Part shown: positions 58,717 to 64,000 of the stretch, in pieces
How positions within the stretch are numbered: position 1 is the first letter of the stretch
How the letters are laid out: every line of letters begins with the position of its first letter
Assembly: GCA_002269645.1 (NCBI GenBank)
Contig: NIVC01001995.1
Coordinates: 151,002-215,001, forward strand
Direction: 5' to 3'
DNA length: 64,000 nt
Origin: Macrostomum lignano
Taxonomy: Eukaryota
The notes under the pieces: model-generated
Told to the model about the DNA's origin: nothing
Seen by the model: only the letters and a program-made list of their open reading frames with translations
Database searches by the model: none
Program-made: the position numbers and the translations under genes

Positions 58717-61522
58717 TGTTCTGCTGTTTGATCTGTTGTTGTTGTTGTTATTAATGGCGCTGCCGTTGCAGACGCCTCAGACATACATGCACGTCAAATA
58801 TGCTTTCTCTACTGTTTTGTACTGCTGCAATTCTCGGAAATTTTCTTCAAGAACTTCTGCTGCTGCTTTGAGAATTTAAATTTGAATGCCGCGTCAAAAA
58901 TATACATCCTGTTTAGTTAATACGCTCGCCTCTCAGTGGGCGGCGGAAACTGACCAGAAGGAATGAGGCGAGAAGGAAGGAAGGAATGGGCTAGGGAGGA
59001 TAAAAAACGGCGGTCCAATCGGGACCTGATTTTTTGACGATCGCAAACCAAAGAAGGCCAGTCTTTTTCAGAGTCGCCTCCAAACCCTTTTTTGAGCCCT
59101 CTAACAGCGTGTTTTGTTGTTAAAGTATGAAAGTAATAAATTATATTGAAGTAAAGTAAAGTAAAGTACAGTATTAAAGTATTAAAATTCAGTCTTGAGC
59201 AAGCTGGCTGGCTTAATCGCTTCATCTAAATGTTAAGGGGAATTGGCTTGGATGAAATGCGCGCGATCCAAGCATATTTTCAGGAACTATAATAAAGGAC
59301 TCGTATGTTACGTTCTCTTTTCTCTCAGCTCCATGAAAGTTCTTCTACATGTATGCTAGCCTAGCTATGCAGCGCTAGCCTAACACATCACCGTATCGCA
59401 GGACTTCTTTCTGTTTACTAATATACAGAATCCCTAGAGACATTGGGCAGTTGAGAATGCACTGATTTGTCCATTGCCCTGCTGGCCGATGCCGGAGGAC
59501 GAACAACGGGCCTTGAGATTTCAGTACCTTGTGTAACCTTTTCTCCGCGTGTACTAACTGATATTTTACTTCGTAGCTACAAGAACACGTTCTAATTGCC
59601 CACTCCCAGGGTTCATGGAGTACTCAAATAATGTTGGGTGGAATTTGGTCAAAATATTTTGTGTTTTTTTTAATTTGTCCAAGTATACGTGGCCGTGCTA
59701 ATAACTTACATATCTTGTAGCCTGCCACATAATAACCAACGCACGATTGTTTATTCATTTTATTGCCCATACCAGTTGAACTGCACCGCCCTTCAACCAT
59801 GCCAGCCGTTCCTGTCCATGCGTTCCTCTGCCTTCGCTGCGTCATTCATGCTGGCGCCCAGAGTGAAGACCGTGAATGATGACGAAGAAAATATGCACTG
59901 TCTTGTCGACTAGGCCTTTTTTTAATTGTCATTTTCGATGAAGCCTGCCGCTGCAGCGGTATAGGTTCGGCGTAGGTCATGAGGTTGAAGCTGAGGTTAG
60001 AAGCCGTATGCGAAATGGCTTACCCACTTCAAGGCTTTCTCTGCAGCTGTAAAAACTTCATTTTTTGCTGCAAGACATGTTTATTGTGTGCGACGTGGCC
60101 CGCCCTTTACAAAATAACTTTCCCTAGTTGGTTGCCTGGCTAATAACAGCTAGGACCTTCAAAGGCACGGCATGGGGCCTTGAACACGGTGCTCTTCCAT
60201 AATTTTTCAGGGAATTGTTTGAATTCGTTTGCTACGCAGAGGGACCAGTGGTATGGACCCAGCTTAAATTCAAATAAATTTGCTAAGTCAATTTTCAACG
60301 CGTCCAAAATAAAGCTGGGATCAAATTACAGTTGCATAAACCAACTATACAGTCTAATGGTGCTTCAGAGTGCACAATCAACTAGCTCTTCTAAATGTTT
60401 CGTGAAAATTTAAAAGACCGAAACAAAAATGCAATGCGTTTAATGTGCTGAATTTTATGGATGTCATTCTTTTGATAAGTTTTACATGTTTGTGTAAAAG
60501 CCCCCCCCCCCACAAAAACAACCGTAAAAGTGGCCAGCAAAGGCAAATACACCCCTGTCAGGGGTCTTAAATTGGAGCCGCGGTCAAACAAATTTTGGGA
60601 CTGGACAGAGCCATTTCGAAAGCATTTTGATCACAAAAGCCATTTAAAAAACTGCCATTATACTGCCTCTTATTTTGTCAAGCTCGTGTTTCTTGCCCTT
60701 TTTCGTTGCGTTGTTGCAAAGCCTTAATCTGTGCTTTTCACTGCGGTAAAAGGCACCATTCTCCCATGGTATTAACTTCTACATCGCAAAGCGCTGACAA
60801 TAGAAGATTTCTGAATTCACGAATTCCGACAGTTTGCAAGCATCTCATTTTGGTTCGAAACAGGTATTGAGAATTTTCATTCGACCGTACTGGGTTCGCA
60901 ATAATTTATTGATGCAAGAGGTATAGAAATTCAAAAACCACCACAAGCCAGCAATCATATAGCTCTCAAATAGTACAGGCTCCTGATAAGGTGATTTGAG
61001 CCTTATCGAGTGATATTTTTGGATAAGGAATATCGCAGAAATCTTGCGTTTTTCGTAGCTATGCGCTCAATGATATTTAGTATAGTGTACACTCATATAC
61101 TTCAATAACGTTGATCAATATTTCACGCGTCATCTGGCGGCTGTGACTCTCTAATTAGTAATGTGAATGATGGATTCATGCGTCTACATATAAACTTTAT
61201 TTTCTGCACGTTTTGACGAATAAAGCATTTTAAAGTCTCAAAACTCTGAATAAAATGGTTATCAGGTTATTTACTTAAATCTATAATCCTATTAAGCACA
61301 ACTTAAACCTCTTAAACACTCGCTTTTTGTAGGGGTTTGTTCAACACCACGGTGCAAAGAACCGCGCCTCTAAATTCGTAGCTATATCGTGCAAAATCCT
61401 GTCCTAATGGAGGAGTAAGCAAAGCAGTACATCAAGTACTTGTGCATATAAACTACTACAGAGTACTATCCATGTCGTAGCACTCTCTGTAGCGCGCAAT
61501 ATATTTACGACTTACATGTATC

Positions 61523-61830
61523 CAGGCGCGTCGCCACCGGGGGGGGACCAGTAAAAGCTATTGGGGGGACATGCTAATGCGTTGTCCCCCCACCCCTCCT
61601 TGTGACCCGTTGTGGTAATCAATAATTTTTCTTCAGGGCGCCAAAATATAGCGCCTTTGGCGCCAAAAGGAGTGCCTGCGGCGCCAAAATAAGTGCCTGC
61701 GGCTCTAAAATGAGTACCTGCGGCGATTCTCAAAATAATGGAAATGTAGTAATTCACTCATGTACATGTACATGTTCAATTCTTGGCTTTGCCTCCCCTT
61801 CCCACCATAAAATCCATGGCGACGCCCCTG
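61523..61830. mobile_element. hAT-type MITE (~308 bp)
   Basis: Ends CAGGCGCGTCGCCA and TGGCGACGCCCCTG (CAGGGG-type TIR). The 8-bp flanks CATGTATC and CATGTGCA match only partly. Confidence 0.6.
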
Positions 61831-63154
61831 CATGTGCATGTATGCATATATCTACGATTGCGTTTCATTGCTTCTTAGGAGTATAGGTGCATTTTTTACT
61901 TTTTAGAACAAGAAGTGAAAATGGATCGTAGGAATAAAATTAATGTAAGAGTTTAGAATTTATGTTTACATGCATGTATGGGTTTTTCTGCGCATCCGCT
62001 GCAATAAAGGTACAATGTACATGTTTAATTGTGTGGTTAACATATACCAACAGTATTTTTAAAAACTGGTGATCCGCAGTCCGAGGCCCCTACCTGAACG
62101 TCAGGTGGCGCTGTAGCAAGTCTATCCTGCTTTACAACGCCAGTATTGAAGGCTGATGGACTCGCTCGAACGCAGGTTGCCGCGGTGCACACTGGCCTGC
62201 CTCCAACGCTTCAATGTATTCGCCGCGCTGGCTCTGTCCGTCCAAGGGACCTGTTACGAGTCCAGCTGGCAGGCTGAGTCGTACGTATTGCTCACAACCT
62301 GTTCAACAAGTGCTACTGCTCAGGCTGCAGGCATGCACTTACCAACAAGAACAGACGCGCACTCGAGGATTCGTTGACTGCAATCTAGCTGACTGACGCC
62401 GGCTACCCGGATTCGGTTCGCGCTGTAGCCCGGAGGCGTCTTGCAACACTGCTCTTGTTTTCCTAAGACCTATACTCGTATTTAAGCAGCAGACAGCGTA
62501 GTATTTTGTAAGTTGTTAAAGACATCATCACACATAGCAAAAACTATCAAAACAAACATCCACTGGTATCTCTAAGTTGTATAAATCAATTTATACATGT
62601 GCCTGTACCGCCTGAATTCATTTACAGAAATTGACAAATGGGTTGGGCAAAGTTCCGGCACTTCCGGCTCTTTTAGTACCGGAATTTACTTTTTTAAAGC
62701 GGCACTTTTTCCGGTTCTTTTTTAAGAATGCCGGACTTCGGTAACGGAAGTTACTTTTGATAAGTCCGGTCCTCCGGTACTTGAACATGAAATTTTAGGT
62801 GCCAAACAGCCAATTTAGCACTAAATATTTCTCAACAGCGCAAAAATTTCACCAAAATACTCGTAGTGCAATTATAAAAAGGTAAAAATATGATCCTAGA
62901 TCATGTGGTTTTTAGTCGTACTTTTTAAGTTAAAGCACCTGTTTTTAGCTTGGGTTGCGATAGGGGCCTCGCGGCCTATTCGCGGCGCTCTGCCCCCCGT
63001 CGGTAGTAAGTTAAAGCACGTTTTAAGCATCATAGAATCATAAAATGAAATAATTATTGGCAACTACGATTGCTGTAACAAGACATTCAAAACAATAAAC
63101 ATCCTTGTTTAACAGCTCCTTGCAAGTTTTCTAACAAGCATAACTAGCAGTACA

Positions 63155-64000
63155 TCTTCTTGACTTACTTGACTTAGCTGCAGGGTGGTCCGTAGACACA
63201 GCGGGGAGGTGAGGGTCGCCAATTCCGCTAGCCCCTGAAGGCCCGCAGACAGGCAGAGGCGTGGGGCCGGTCAGGGTGGTCCGCCGGTCCGTCCTGCAGC
63301 GTGATCTTCCGTTGGGAAGAAACTGGCTCGTGAGATGCTGTCGGCTGGCAGACCTCGTCAATGGACGGGTTCGGCCCGAGGTAGCGTAGCCGTCTCTAAA
63401 GAAAGAGCAGTGACAAACAAAGTGCTGAGCATCTTCATTGTCGTACTCGCAAAAGGGGCAAAGTTCGCTCTCGAGGTCACCTCGGAGGAAGCAGTGCCTG
63501 GCGAGGTAGCCAAGGGTCATGACAAGGGCTCGAATATCCTTCCGATTCTGGTTCAGAAGGATGTTTCTGAGCCTGCGAGACGGGCAAGGAACCGCGGCAC
63601 GAGATTGCCGGCAGTTTTGGGTGCCCGCCCATCTGTCCCTGTGGAGGGAGTCAGCCCAGTCGTCGATCTGACGATTGATGACTGTCAAGGGCATAGGACC
63701 AGGGGGCAGGGCCAAAGAAAGAGCCAGAGCCGCCCCTCTTGGCGAGGGTGTCTGCCAGCTCGTTCCCCGGAAACCCTGCGTGCCCTGGGATCCACTTCAG
63801 CCTGACAGTATTGCTACTGGCCAGGAGGTTGAGCTGCCGGGCGCAGTCGGCGACTGTCCGGGAGTTCGTTGTAGTGTGGCAAAGGGCCTGTAAGGCCGCT
63901 TGGCTGTCGGAGTGGATGACAATAGTCTTTCCTCTCGTACCCTTGGCGTTCAGCTCTGCAGAGCAAGAGCTGATGGCAAGGACTTCGTTCTGGAAGACTG
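63155..64000 (-). mobile_element. 3' end of an RNase H-containing non-LTR retrotransposon (R1/LOA-like), frameshifted, running off the window
   Basis: VFQNEVLAI...IHSDSQAALQAL...LKWIPGHAGFPGNELADTLAK (RNase HI), then after a frameshift CPFCEYDNEDAQHFVCHC (CCHC knuckle). The 3' tail is AAGTCAAGTAAGTCAAG. Confidence 0.88.

Overview
Eukaryotic (animal) genomic DNA, not prokaryotic. GC-rich exons sit in AT-rich, repeat-saturated introns and intergenic DNA. The style (minisatellite-filled introns, polyQ/polyG exons) resembles the flatworm Macrostomum lignano, but the taxon is my inference. I assembled four spliced protein-coding genes by hand with phase-consistent GT-AG junctions. (1) A coiled-coil / NHL-like propeller / RING-HC gene (minus, ~6.2-10.7 kb). 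(2) PRPF4 (minus, 11.7-17.6 kb). (3) SCYL2 (plus, 33.2-40.9 kb). (4) A DEG/ENaC channel with an apparent 1-nt frameshift (minus, 52.2-58.7 kb). The rest is mobile and repetitive DNA: a 5.3-kb CCC-ended element with 2-bp TSD (CMC/EnSpm-like), a deleted mariner, several MITE families, a three-level nested MULE stack, Crypton-like tyrosine-recombinase remnants, two tRNA-derived SINE families, LINE remnants (including an R1/LOA-type RNase H 3' end) and many tandem arrays. I found no clearly new biological system. The best leads are the propeller-before-RING domain order, a possible trans-spliced operon-like PRPF4-to-RING arrangement, and a GTCTATG motif that clusters around the recombinase remnants.
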